64,000 nt of DNA from Eledone cirrhosa (Eukaryota): contig OZ024754.1 in NCBI GenBank assembly GCA_964016885.1, positions 19,530,001-19,594,000 of the forward strand, in the 5' to 3' direction. Both the position numbers and the translations under genes were made by a program. Of this stretch, positions 29,532 to 43,800 are shown piece by piece. The stretch's first letter is position 1. Each line of letters starts with the position of its first letter. Under the pieces are notes generated by a model. It had not been told where the DNA came from. It ran no database searches and saw only the letters and a list, made by a program, of their open reading frames with translations.

Positions 29532-31134
29532 CGAACACAGACTTAGATCAAGTCACTTGCCAGACATGTACAACTGTGGCTAAAATAACTCTTCAATGAT
29601 ATAGTTACTTTAGTTTCAACACAATCTCAGATCATGTCTCTTGCTAGACATGTGCAATTCTGGCTAAAATGACTCTTCCATCATACAGTTACTTTAGTTT
29701 GAACACAGTCTCAGATAAAGTCACTGACCAGACATGTACAATTGTGGCTAGAATGACTCTTCCATGGTATAGTTACTTTAGTTTCAACACAGTCTCAGAT
29801 CAAGTCACTTGCCAGACATGTACAACTGTGACTAAAATGATTCTTCCATGATATAGTTACTTTAGTTTCAACACAATCTCAGATCAAGTCACTTGCCTGA
29901 CATCAACAACTGTGGCTAAAATGACTCTTCCATGATATAGTTACTTTAGTTTCAACACAATCTCAGATCAAGTCACTTGCCAGACATGTACAACTGTGGC
30001 TAAAATGACTCTTCCATGTTATAGTTACTTTAGTTTCAACACAATCTCAGATCAAGTCACTTACCATACATGTACAACTGTGGCTAGAATGACTCTTCCA
30101 TGGTATAGTTACTTTAGTTTCAACACAGTCTCAGATCAAGTTACTTGCCAGACATGTACAACTGTGAGTAAAATGATTCATCCATGATATAGTTACTTTA
30201 GTTTCAACGCAGTCACAGATAATGTGTCTTGCCAGACATGTACAACAGTAGCTAAAATGACTCTTCCATGATATAGTTACTTTAGTTTCAACACAACCTC
30301 AGATCAAGTCACTTGCCAGACATCTACAACTCTGGCTAGAATGACTCATCAATGATATAGTTACTTTAGTTTCAACACAATCTCAGATCAAGTCACTTAC
30401 CAGACATGTACAACTGTGGCTAGAATGACTCTTCAATGATATAGTTACTTTAGTTTCAACACAATATCAGATCAAGTCACTTGCCAGACATGTACAACTG
30501 TGGCTGAAATGACTCTTCCATGATATAGTTACTTTAGTTTGAACACAGTCTTAGATCAAGTCACTTGCCAGACATGTACAACTGTGGCTAAAATAACTCT
30601 TCCATTATATAGTTACTTTAGTTTCAACACAGTCTCAGATAAACTCACTTGCCAGACATGTACAACTGTGGCTAAAATGACTGTTCCATGATATAGTTAC
30701 TTTAGTTTCAACACAGTCTCAGATCAAGTCACTTGCCAGACATGTACAACTGTGACTAAATTGATTCTTCCATGCTATAGTTACTTTAGTTTCAACACAG
30801 TCTCAGATCAAGTCACTTGCCAGACATCTACAACTGTGGCTAAAATGACTCTTCCATGATATAGTTACTTTAGTTTCAACACCGTCTCAGATCAAGTCAC
30901 TTGCCAGACATGTACAACTGTGGCTAAAATGACTCTTCCATGATATAGTTACTTTAGTTTAAACACGATCTCAGATCAAGTCACTTACCATACATGTACA
31001 ACTGTGGCTAGAATGACTCTTCCATGATATAGTTACTTTAGTTTCAACACAATCTCAGATCAAGTCACTTGCCAGACATGTGCAACTGTGGCTAGAATGA
31101 CTCTTCAATGATATAGTTAGCTTAGTTTCAACAC

Positions 31135-34100
31135 AATCTCAGATCAAGTCACTTGCCAGACATCTACAACTGGGGCTAAAATGACTCTTCCATGATACAG
31201 TTACATTAGTTTGAACACAGTCTTAGATCAAGTCACTGACCATACATATACAACTGTGGCTAGAATGACTCTTCCATTATATAGTTACTTTAGTTTCAAC
31301 ACAGTCTCAGATCAAGTCACTTGCCAGACATGTACAACTGTGGCTAAAATGACTCTTCCATGATATAGTTACTTTAGTTTAAACACAATCTCAGATCAAG
31401 TCACTTACCATACATGTACAACTGTGGCTAGAATGACTGTTCCATGATATAGTTACTTTAGTTTCAACACAATCTCAGATCAAGTCACTTGCCTGACACG
31501 TGCAACTGTGGCTAGAATGACTGTTCCATGATATAGTTACTTTAGTTTCAACACAATCTCAAATCAAGTCACTTACCATACATGTACAACTGTGGCTAGA
31601 ATGACTCTTCCATGATATAGTTACTTTAGTTTCAACACAGTCTCAGATCAAGTCACTTGCCAGACATGTACAACTGTGACTAAAATGATTCTTCCATGAT
31701 ATAGTTACTTTAGTTTCAACGCAGTCACAGATCAAGTGCCTTGCCAGACATGTACAACAGTAGCTAAAATGACTCCTCCAAGATATAGTTACTTTAGGTT
31801 CAACACAGTCTCAGATCAAGTCACTTGCCAGACATGTGCAACTGTGGCTAAAATGACTCTGCCATGATATAGTTACTTTAGTTTCAACACATTCACAGAT
31901 CAAGTCACTTGCCAGGGATGTACAACTCTAGCTAAAATGACTCTTCCATGATATAGTTACTTTAGTTTCAACACAGTCACAGATCAAGTCACTTACCAGG
32001 GATGTACAACCGTGGCTAAAATGACTCTTCCATGATATAGTTACTTTAGTTTCCACACAGTCTCAGATCAAGTCACTTGCTAGACATGTACAACTGTGAC
32101 TAAAATGATTCTTCCATGATATAGTTACTTTAGTTTCAACGCAGTCACAGATCAAGCGTCTTACCAGACATGTACAACTGTGGTTAGCATGACTCTTCAA
32201 TGATATAGTTACTTTAGTTTCAACACAATCTCAGATCAAGTCACTTGCTAGACATGTGCAACTGTGGCTAAAATGACTCTTCCATGATACAGTTACTTTA
32301 GTTTGAACACAGTCTTAGATCAAGTCACTGACCAGACATGTACAACTGTGGCTAAAATGACTCTTCCATGATATAGTTACTTTAGTTTCAACACAGTCTC
32401 AGATAAAGTCACTTGCCAGACATGTACAACTGTGGCTAAAATGACTGTTCCATGATATAGTTACTTTAGTTTCAACACATTCACAGATCAAGTCACTTGC
32501 CAGACATGTACAACTGTGGCTAAAATGACTATCCATGATATAGTTACTTCAGTTTCAACACAGTCACAGATCAAGACACTTACCAGACATGTAAAACTGT
32601 AGCTAACATGACTCTTCCATGATATAGTTAGTTTAGTTTCAACACAGTCTCAGATTAAGTCACTTGTCAGACATGTACAACTGTGGCTAAAATGACTCTT
32701 CCATGATATAGTTACTTTAGTTTGAACACAGTCTTAGATCAAGTCACTTGCCAGACATGTACAACTGTGGCTAAAATAACTCTTCAATGATATAGTTACT
32801 TTAGTTTCAACACAATCTCAGATCAAGTCTCTTGCTAGACATGTGCAACTGTGGATGAAATGACTCTTCCATGATACAGTTACTTTAGCTTGAACACAGT
32901 CTTATATCAAGTCACTGACCAGACATGTACAACTGTGGCTAAAATGACTCTTCCATGTTATAGTTACTTTAGTTTCAACAGAATCTCAGATCAAGTCACT
33001 TGCCAGACATCTACAACTGGGGCTAAAATGACTCTTCCATGATACAGTTACTTTAGTTTGAACACAGTCTTAGATCAAGTCACTGACCATACATATACAA
33101 CTGTGGCTAGAATGACTCTTCCATTATATAGTTACTTTAGTTTCAACACAGTCTCAGATCAAGTCACTTGCCAGGCATGTACAACTGTGGCTAAAATGAC
33201 TCTTCCATGATATAGTTACTTTAGTTTAAACACAATCTCAGATCAAGTCACTTACCATACATGTACAACTGTGGCTAGAATGACTGTTCCATGATATAGT
33301 TACTTTAGTTTCAACACAATCTCAGATCAAGTCACTTGCCTGACACGTGCAACTGTGGCTAGAATGACTGTTCCATGATATAGTTACTTTAGTTTCAACA
33401 CAATCTCAAATCAAGTCACTTACCATACATGTACAACTGTGGCTAGAATGACTCTTCCATGATATAGTTACTTTAGTTTCAACACAGTCTCAGATCAAGT
33501 CACTTGCCAGACATGTACAACTGTGACTAAAATGATTCTTCCATGATATAGTTACTTTAGTTTCAACGCAGTCACAGATCAAGTGCCTTGCCAGACATGT
33601 ACAACAGTAGCTAAAATGACTCTTCCAAGATATAGTTACTTTAGGTTCAACACAGTCTCAGATCAAGTCACTTGCCAGACATGTGCAACTGTGGCTAAAA
33701 TGACTCTGCCATGATATAGTTACTTTAGTTTCAACACAGTCACAGATCAAGTCACTTGCCAGGGATGTACAACTCTAGCTAAAATGACTCTTCCATGATA
33801 TAGTTACTTTAGTTTCAACACAGTCACAGATCAAGTCACTTACCAGGGATGTACAACCGTGGCTAAAATGACTCTTCCATGATATAGTTACTTTAGTTTC
33901 AACACAGTCTCAGATCAAGTCACTTGCTAGACATGTACAACTGTGACTAAAATGATTCTTCCATGATATAGTTACTTTAGTTTCAACGCAGTCACAGATC
34001 AAGCGTCTTACCAGACATGTACAACTGTGGTTAGCATGACTCTTCAATGATATAGTTACTTTAGTTTCAACACAATCTCAGATCAAGTCACTTGCTAGAC

Positions 34101-34830
34101 ATGTGCAACTGTGGCTAAAATGACTCTTCCATGATACAGTTACTTTAGTTTGAACACAGTCTTAGATCAAGTCACTGACCAGACATGTACAACTGTGGCT
34201 AAAATGACTCTTCCATGATATAGTTACTTTAGTTTGAACACAGTCTCAGATAAAGTCACTTGCCAGACATGTACAACTGTGGCTAAAATGACTGTTCCAT
34301 GATATAGTTACTTTAGTTTCAACACATTCACAGATCAAGTCACTTGCCAGACATGTACAACTGTGGCTAAAATGACTATCCATGATATAGTTACTTCAGT
34401 TTCAACACAGTCACAGATCAAGACACTTACCAGACATGTAAAAATGTAGCTAACATGACTCTTCCATGATATAGTTAGTTTAGTTTCAACACAGTCTCAG
34501 ATTAAGTCACTTGTCAGACATGTACAACTGTGGCTAAAATGACTCTTCCATGATATAGTTACTTTAGTTTGAACACAGTCTTAGATCAAGTCACTTGCCA
34601 GACATGTACAACTGTGGCTAAAATAACTCTTCAATGATATAGTTACTTTAGTTTCAACACAATCTCAGATCAAGTCTCTTGCTAGACATGTGCAACTGTG
34701 GATGAAATGACTCTTCCATGATACAGTTACTTTAGCTTGAATACAGTCTTATATCAAGTCACTGACCAGACATGTACAACTGTGGCTAAAATGACTCTTC
34801 CATGTTATAGTTACTTTAGTTTCAACACAA
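31135..34830. repeat. Tandem duplication, period 1847 bp (22 monomers), 2 copies
   Basis: CATACATATA at 31241 and 33088; GTGGATGAAA at 32851 and 34698. 22x84 - 1 = 1847. Confidence 0.92.
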
Positions 34831-37800
34831 TCTCAGATCAAGTCACTTGCCTGACATCAACAACTGTGGCTAAAATGACTGTTCCATGATATAGTTACTT
34901 TAGTTTCAACACAGTCTCAAATCAAGTCACTTGCCAGACATGTACAACTGTGGCTAAAATGACTCTTCCATGTTATAGTTACTTTAGTTTCAACACAATC
35001 TCATATCAAGTCACTTACCATACATGTACAACTGTGGCTAGAATGACTCTTCCATGATATAGTTACTTTAGTTTCAACACAGTCTCAGATCAAGTCACTT
35101 GCCAGACATGTACAACTGTGATTAAATGATTCTTCCATGATATAGTTACTTTAGTTTCAACGCAGTCACATATCATGTGTCTTGCCAGACATGTACAACA
35201 GTAGCTAAAATGACTCTTCCATGATATAGTTACTTTAGTTTAAACACAATCTCAGATCAAGTCACTTACCATACATGTACAACTGTGGCTAGAATGACTC
35301 TTACATGATATAGTTACTTTAGTTTCAACACAATCTCAGATCAAGTCACTTGCCTGACACGTGCAACTGTGGCTAGAATGACTGTTCCATGATATAGTTA
35401 CTTTAGTTTCAACACAATCTCAAATCAAGTCACTTACCATACATGTACAACTGTGGCTAGAATGACTCTTCCATGATATAGTTACTTTAGTTTCAACACA
35501 GTCTCAGATCAAGTCACTTGCCAGACATGTACAACTGTGACTAAAATGATTCTTCCATGATATAGTTACTTTAGTTTCAACGCAGTCACAGATCAAGTGC
35601 CTTGCCAGACATGTACAACTGTGGCTAAAATAACTCTTCCATGATATAGTTACTTTAGTTTCAACACAGTCTCAGATAAACTCACTTGCCAGACATGTAC
35701 AACTGTGGCTAAAATGACTGTTCCATGATATAGTTACTTTAGTTTCAACACAGTCTCTGATCAAGCCACTTGCCAGACATGTACAACTGTGACTAAATTG
35801 ATTCTTCCATGACATAGTTACTTTAGTTTCAACACAGTCTCAGATCAAGTCACTTGCCAGACATCTACAACTGTGGCTAAAATGACTCTTCCATGATATA
35901 GTTACTTTAGTTTCAACACAGTCTCAGATCAAGTCACTTGCCTGACATGTACAACCCTGGCTAAAATGACTCTTCCATGATATAGTTACTTTAGTTTAAA
36001 CACAATCTCAGATCAAGTCACTTACCATACATGTACAACTGTGGCTAGAATGACTCTTACATGATATAGTTACTTTAGTTTCAACATAATCTCAGATCAA
36101 GTCACTTGCCAGACATGTGCAACTGTGGCTAGAATGACTCTTCAATGATATAGTTAGTTTAGTTTCAACACACTCTCAGATCAAGTCACTTGCCAGACAT
36201 CTACAACTGGGCCTAAAATGACTCTTCCATGATACAGTTACTTTAGTTTGAACACAGTCTTAGATCAAGTCACTGACCATACATGTACAACTGTGGCTAG
36301 AATGACTCTTCCATTATATAGTTACTTTAGTTTCAACACAGTCTCAGATCAAGTCACTTGCCAGACATGTACAACTGTGGCTAAAATGACTCTTCCATGA
36401 TATAGTTACTTTAGTTTAAACACAATCTCAGATAAAGTCACTTGCCAGACATGTACAACTGTGAATAAAATTATTCTTCCATGATATAGTTACTTTAGTT
36501 TCAACGCAGTCACAGATCAAGTGTCTTGCCAGACATGTACAACAGTAGCTAAAATGACTCTTCCAAGATATAGTTACTTTAGTTTCAACACAGTCTCAGA
36601 TCAAGTCACTTGCCAGACATGTGCAACTGTGGCTAAAATGACTCTGCCATGATATAGTTACTTTAGTTTCAACACAGTCTCAGATCAAGTCACTTGCTAG
36701 ACATGTACAACTGTGGCTAAAATGACTCTTCCATGATATAGTTACTTTAGTTTCAACACAGTCTCAGATCAAGTCACTTGCTAGACATGTACAACTGTGG
36801 CTAAAATGACTCTTCTATGATATAGTTACTTTAGTTTCAACACAGTCTCAGATCAAGTCACTTGCCAGACATGTGCAACTGTGGCTAAAATGAATCTTCC
36901 ATGATATAGTTACTCTAGTTTCAACACAGTCACAGATCAAGTCACTTACCAGGGATGTACAACTGTAGCTAAAATGACTCTTCCATGATATAGTTACTTT
37001 AGTTTCAACACAGTCACAGATCAAGTCACTTACCAGGGATGTACAACTGTGGCTAAAATGACTCTTCCATGATATAGTTACTTTAGTTTCAACACAGTCT
37101 CAGATCAAGTCACTTGCTAGACATGTGCAACTGTGGCTAAAATGACTCTTCCATGATACAGTTACTTTAGTCTGAACACAGTCTTAGATCAAGTCACTGA
37201 CCATACGTGTACAACTGTGGCTAAAATGACTCTTCCATGATATAGTTACTTTAGTTTCAACACAGTCTCAGATAAAGTCACTTGCCAGACATGTACAACT
37301 GTGACTAAATTGATTCTTCCATGATATAGTTACTTTAGTTTCAACACAATCTCAGATCAAGTCACTTGCCTGACATCAACAACTGTGGCTAAAATGAGTC
37401 TTCCATGTTATAGTTACTTTAGTTTCAACACAGTCTCAAATCATGTCACTTGCCAGACATGTACAACTGTGGCTAAAATGACTCTTCCATGTTATAGTTA
37501 CTTTAGTTTCAACACAATCTCAGATCAAGTCACTTACCATACATGTACAACTGTGGCTAGAATGACTCTTCCATGATATAGTTACTTTAGTTTCAACACA
37601 GTCTCAGATCAAGTCACTTGCCAGACATGTACAACTGTCACTAAATTGATTCTTCCATGATATAGTTACTTTAGATTCAACGCAGTCACAGATCATGTGT
37701 CTTGCCAGACATGTACAACAGTAGCTAAAATGACTCTTCCATGATATAGTTACTTTAGTTTCAACACAACCTCAGATCAAGTCACTTGCCAGACATCTAC

Positions 37801-40800
37801 AACTCTGGCTAGAATGACTCATCAATGATATAGTTACTTTAGTTTAAACACAATCTCAGATCAAGTCACTTGCCAGACATGTACAACTGTGGCTAAAATA
37901 ACTCTTCCATGATATAGTTACTTTAGTTTCAACACAGTCTCAGATAAACTCACTTGCCAGACATGTACAACTGTGGCTAAAATGACTGTTCCATGATATA
38001 GTTACTTTAGTTTCAACACAGTCTCAGATCAAGTCACTTGCCAGACATGTACAACTGTGACTAAATTGATTCTTCCATGATATAGTTACGTTAGTTTCAA
38101 CACAGTCTCAGATCAAGTCACTTGCCAGACATCTACAACTGTGGCTAAAATGACTCTTCCATGATATAGTTACTTTAGTTTCAACACAGTCTCAGATCAA
38201 GTCACTTGCCTGACATGTACAACCCTGGCTAAAATGACTCTTCCATGATATAGTTACTTTAGTTTAAACACAATCTCAGATCAAGTCACTTACCATACAT
38301 GTACAACTGTGGCTAGAATGACTCTTCCATGATATAGTTACTTTAGTTTCAACACAATCTCAGATCAAGTCACTTGCCAGACATGTGCAACTGTGGCTAG
38401 AATGACTCTTCAATGATATAGTTACTTTAGTTTCAACACAGTCTCAGATAAAGTCACTTGCCAGACATGTTCAACTGTGGCTAAAATGACTGTTCCTTGA
38501 TATAGTTACTTTAGTTTCAACACAATCTCAAATCAAGTCACTTACCATACATGTACAACTGTGGCTAGAATGACTCTTCCATGATATAGTTACTTTAGTT
38601 TCAACACAGTCTCAGATCAAGTCACTTGCCAGACATGTACAACTGAGACTAAAATGATTCTTCCATGATATAGTTACTTTAGTTTCAACGCAGTCACAGA
38701 TCAAGTGTCTTGCCAGACATGTACAACAGTAGCTAAAATGACTCTTCCAAGATATAGTTACTTTAGTTTCAACACAGTCTCAGATCAAGTCACTTGCCAG
38801 ACTTGTGCAACTGTGGCTAAAATGACTCTGCCATGATATAGTTACTTTAGTTTCAACACAGTCTCAGATCAAGTCACTTACCAGGGATGTACAACTGTAG
38901 CTAAAATGACTCTTCCATGATATAGTTACTTTAGTTTCAACACAGTCTCAGATCAAGTCACTTGCCAGACATGTACAACTGTGACTAAAATGATTCTTCC
39001 ATGATATAGTTACTTTAGTTTCAACGCAGTCACAGATCAAGTGTCTTGCCAGACATGTACAACAGTAGCTAAAATGACTCTTCCATGATATAGTTACTTT
39101 AGTTTCAACACAACCTCAGATCAAGTCACTTACCATACATGTACAACTGTGGCTAGAATGACTCTTCCATGATATAGTTACTTTAGTTTCAACACAGTCT
39201 CAGATCAAGTCACTTGCCAGACATGTACAACTGTGACTAAAATGATTCTTCCATGATATAGTTACTTTAGTTTCAACGCAGTCACAGATCAAGTGTCTTG
39301 CCAGACATGTACAACTGTGGCTAAAATAACTCTTCAATGATATAGTTACTTTAGTTTCAACACAATCTCAGATCAAGTCACTTGCCTGACATCAACAACT
39401 GTGGCTAAAATGACTCTTCCATGATATAGTTACTTTAGTTTCAACACAGTCTCAGATCAAGTCACTTGCCAGACATGTACAACTGTGGCTAAAATGACTC
39501 TTCCATGTTATAGTTACTTTAGTTTCAACACAATCTCAGATCAAGTCACTTACCATACATGTACAACTGTGGCTAGAATGACTCTTCCATGATATAGTTA
39601 CTTTAGTTTCAACACAGTCTCCGATCAAGTCACTTGCCAGACATGTACAACTGTGACTAAAATGATTCTTCCATGATATAGTTACTTTAGTTTCAACGCA
39701 GTCACAGATCATGTGTCTTGCCAGACATGTACAACAGTAGCTAAAATGACTCTTCCATGATATAGTTACTTTAGTTTCAACACAACCTCAGATCAAGTCA
39801 CTTGCCAGACATCTACAACTCTGGCTAGAATGACTCATCAATGATATAGTTACTTTAGTTTAAACACAATCTCAGATCAAGTCACTTGCCAGACATGTAC
39901 AACTGTGGCTAGAATGACTCTTCCATGATATAGTTACTTTAGTTTGAACACAGTCTTAGATCAAGTCACTTGCCAGACATGTACAACTGTGGCTAAAATA
40001 ACTCTTCCATGATATAGTTACTTTAGTTTCAACACAGTCTCAGATAAACTCACTTGCCAGACATGTACAACTGTGGCTAAAATGACTGTTCCATGATATA
40101 GTTACTTTAGTTTCAACACAGTCTCAGATCAAGTCACTTGCCAGACATGTACAACTGTGACTAAATTGATTCTTCCATGATATAGTTACTTTAGTTTCAA
40201 CACAGTCTCAGATCAAGTCACTTGCCAGACATCTACAACTGTGGCTAAAATAACTCTTCCATGATATAGTTACTTTAGTGTCAACACAGTCTCAGATCAA
40301 GTCACTTGCCTGACATGTACAACCCTGGCTAAAATGACACTTCCATGATATAGTTACTTTAGTTTAAACACAATCTCAGATCAAGTCACTTACCATACAT
40401 GTACAACTGTGGCTAGAATTACTCTTCCATGATATAGTTACTTTAGTTTCAACACAATCTCAGATCAAGTCACTTGCCAGACATGTGCAACTGTGGCTAG
40501 AATGACTCTTCAATGATATAGTTAGTTTAGTTTCAACACAATCTCAGATCAAGTCACTTGCCAGACATCTACAACTGGGGCTAAAATGACTCTTCCATGA
40601 TACAGTTACTTTAGTTTGAACACAGTCTTAGATCAAGTCACTGACCAGACATGTACAACTGTGGCTAAAATGAATCTTCCATGATATAGTTACTTTAGTT
40701 TCAACACATTCACAGATCAAGTCACTTGCCAGACATGTACAACTGTGGCTAAAATGACTATCCATGATATAGTTACTTTAGTTTCAACACAGTCACAGAT

Positions 40801-43800
40801 CAAGACACTTACCAGACATATAAAACTGTAGCTAACATGACTCTTCCATGATATAGTTACTTTAGTTTCAACACAGTCTCAGATCAAGCCACTTGTCAGA
40901 CATGTACAACTGTGGCTAAAATGACTCTTCCATGATATAGTTACTTTAGCTTTAACACAGTCTCAGATCAAGTCACTTGCCAGACATGTACAACTGTGGC
41001 TAAAATGACTCTTCCATGATATAGTTACTTTAGTTTGAACACATTCACAGATCAAGTCACTTGCCAGACATGTACAACTGTGGCTAAAATGACTATCCAT
41101 GATATAGTTACTTCAGTTTCAACACAGTTACAGATCAAGACACTTACCAGACATGTAAAACTGTAGCTAACATGACTCTTCCATGATATAGTTACTTTAG
41201 TTTCAACACAGTCTCAGATTAAGTCACCTGTCAGACATGTACAACTGTGGCTAAAATGACTCTTCCATGATATAGTTACTTTAGTTTCAACACAGTCTCA
41301 GATCAAGTCACTTGCCAGACATGTACAACTGTGGCTAAAATGACTTTTCCATGATATAGTTACTTTAGTTTCAACACATTCACAGATCAAGTCACTTGCC
41401 AGACATGTACAACTGTGGCTAAAATGACTATCCATGATATAGTTACTTTAGTTTCAACACAGTCTTAGATCAAGTCACTTGCCAGACATGTACAACTGTG
41501 GCTAAAATAACTCTTCCATGATATAGTTACTTTAGTTTCAACACAGTCTCAGATCAAGTCACTTGCCAGACATGTACAACTGTGGCTAAAATGACTCTTC
41601 CATGATACAGTTACTTTAGTTTGAACACAGTCTTAGATCAAGTCATTGACCAGACATGTACATCTGTGGCTTAAATGACTCTACCATGATATAGTTACTT
41701 TAGTTTGAACACAGTCTTAGATCAAGTCACTTGCCAGACATGTACAACTGTGGCTAAAATAACTCTTCAATGATATAGTTACTTTAGTTTCAACACAGTC
41801 TCAGCTCAAGTCACTTGCCAGACATGTGCAACTGTGGCTAAAATGACTCTTCCATGATACAGTTACTTTAGTTTGAACACAGTCTTAGATCAAGTCACTG
41901 AACAGACATGTACAACTGTGGCTAAAATGAATCTTCCATGATATAGTTACTTTGGTTTCAACACATTCACAGATCAAGTCACTTGCCAGACATGTACAAC
42001 TGTGGCTAAAATGACTATCCATGATATAGTTACTTTAGTTTCAACACAGTCTCAGATCAGGTCACTTGCCAGACATGTACAACTGTGGCTAAAATGACTT
42101 TTCCATGATATAGTTACTTTAGTTTCAACACAGTCACAAATCAAATCACTTACCAGGGATGTACAACTGTGGCTAAAATGACTCTTCCATGATATAGTTA
42201 CTTTAGTTTCAACACAGTCTCAGATCAAGTCACTTGCCAGACATGTGCAACTGTGGCTAAAATGACTCTTCCATGATATAGTTACTTTAGTTTCAACACA
42301 TTCACAGATCAAGTCACTTGCCAGACATGTACAACTGTGGCTAAAATGACTATCCATGATATAGTTACTTCAGTTTCAACACAGTCACAGATCAAGACAC
42401 TTACCAGACATGTAAAACTGTAGTTAACATGACTCTTCCATGATATAGTTACTTTAGTTTCAACACAGTCTCAGATTAAGTCACTTGTCAGACATGTACA
42501 ACTGTGGCTAAAATGACTCTTCCATGATATAGTTACTTTAGTTTCAACACAGTCTCAGATCAGGTCACTTGCCAGACATGTACAACTGTGGCTAAAATGA
42601 CTCTTCCATGATACAGTTACTTTAGTTTGAACACAGTCTTAGATCAAGTCATTGACCAGACATGTACAACTGTGGCTTAAATGACTCTTCCATGATATAG
42701 TTACTTTAGTTTCAACACAGTCTCAGATAAAGTCACTTGCCAGACATGTACAACTGTGACTAAATTGATTCTTCCATGATATAGTTACTTTAGTTTCAAC
42801 ACAATCTCAGATCAAGTCACTTGCCTGACATCAACAACTGTGGCTAAAATGACTCTTCCATGATATAGTTACTTTAGTTTCAACACAGTCGCAGATCAAG
42901 TCACTTGCCAGACATGTACAACTGTGGCTAAAATGACTCTTCCATGTTATAGTTACTTTAGTTTCAACACAATCTCAGATCAAGTCACTTACCATACATG
43001 TACAACTGTGGCTAGAATGACTCTTCCATGATATAGTTACTTTAGTTTCAACACAGTCTCAGATCAAGTCACTTGCCAGACATGGACAACTGTGGCTAAA
43101 ATGACTGTTCCATGATATAGTTACTTTAGTTTCAACACAGTCTCAGATCAAGTCACTTGCCAGACATGTACAACTGTGACTAAATTGATTCTTCCATGAT
43201 ATAGTTACTTTAGTTTCAACACAGTCTCAGATCATGTCACTTGCCAGACATCTACAACTGTGGCTAAAATGACTCTACCATGATATAGTTACTTTAGTTT
43301 CAACACAGTCACAGATCAAGTCACTTGCCAGACATGTACAAGTGTAGCAAAAATGACTCTTCAATGATATAGTTACTTTAGTTTCAACACAGTCACAGAT
43401 CAAGTCACTTGCCAGACATGTACAACTGTGACTAAAATGATTCTTCCATGATATAGTTACTTTAGTTTCAAAACAATCTCAGATAAAGTCACTTGCCAGA
43501 CATGTACAACTGTGGCTAAAATGACTTTTCCATGATATAGTTACTTTAGTTTCAACACAGTCTCAGATCAAGTCACTTACCAGACATGTTCAACTGTGGC
43601 TAATATGACTCTTCTATGATATAGTTACTTTAGTTTCAACACAGTCTCAGATCAAGTCACTTGCCAGGCATCTACAACTGTGGCTAAAATGACTCTACCA
43701 TGATATAGTTACTTTTGTTTCAACACGTTCACAGATCAAGTCACTTGCCAGACATGTACAACTGTGGCTAAAATGACTCTTCCATGATATAGTTAATTTA

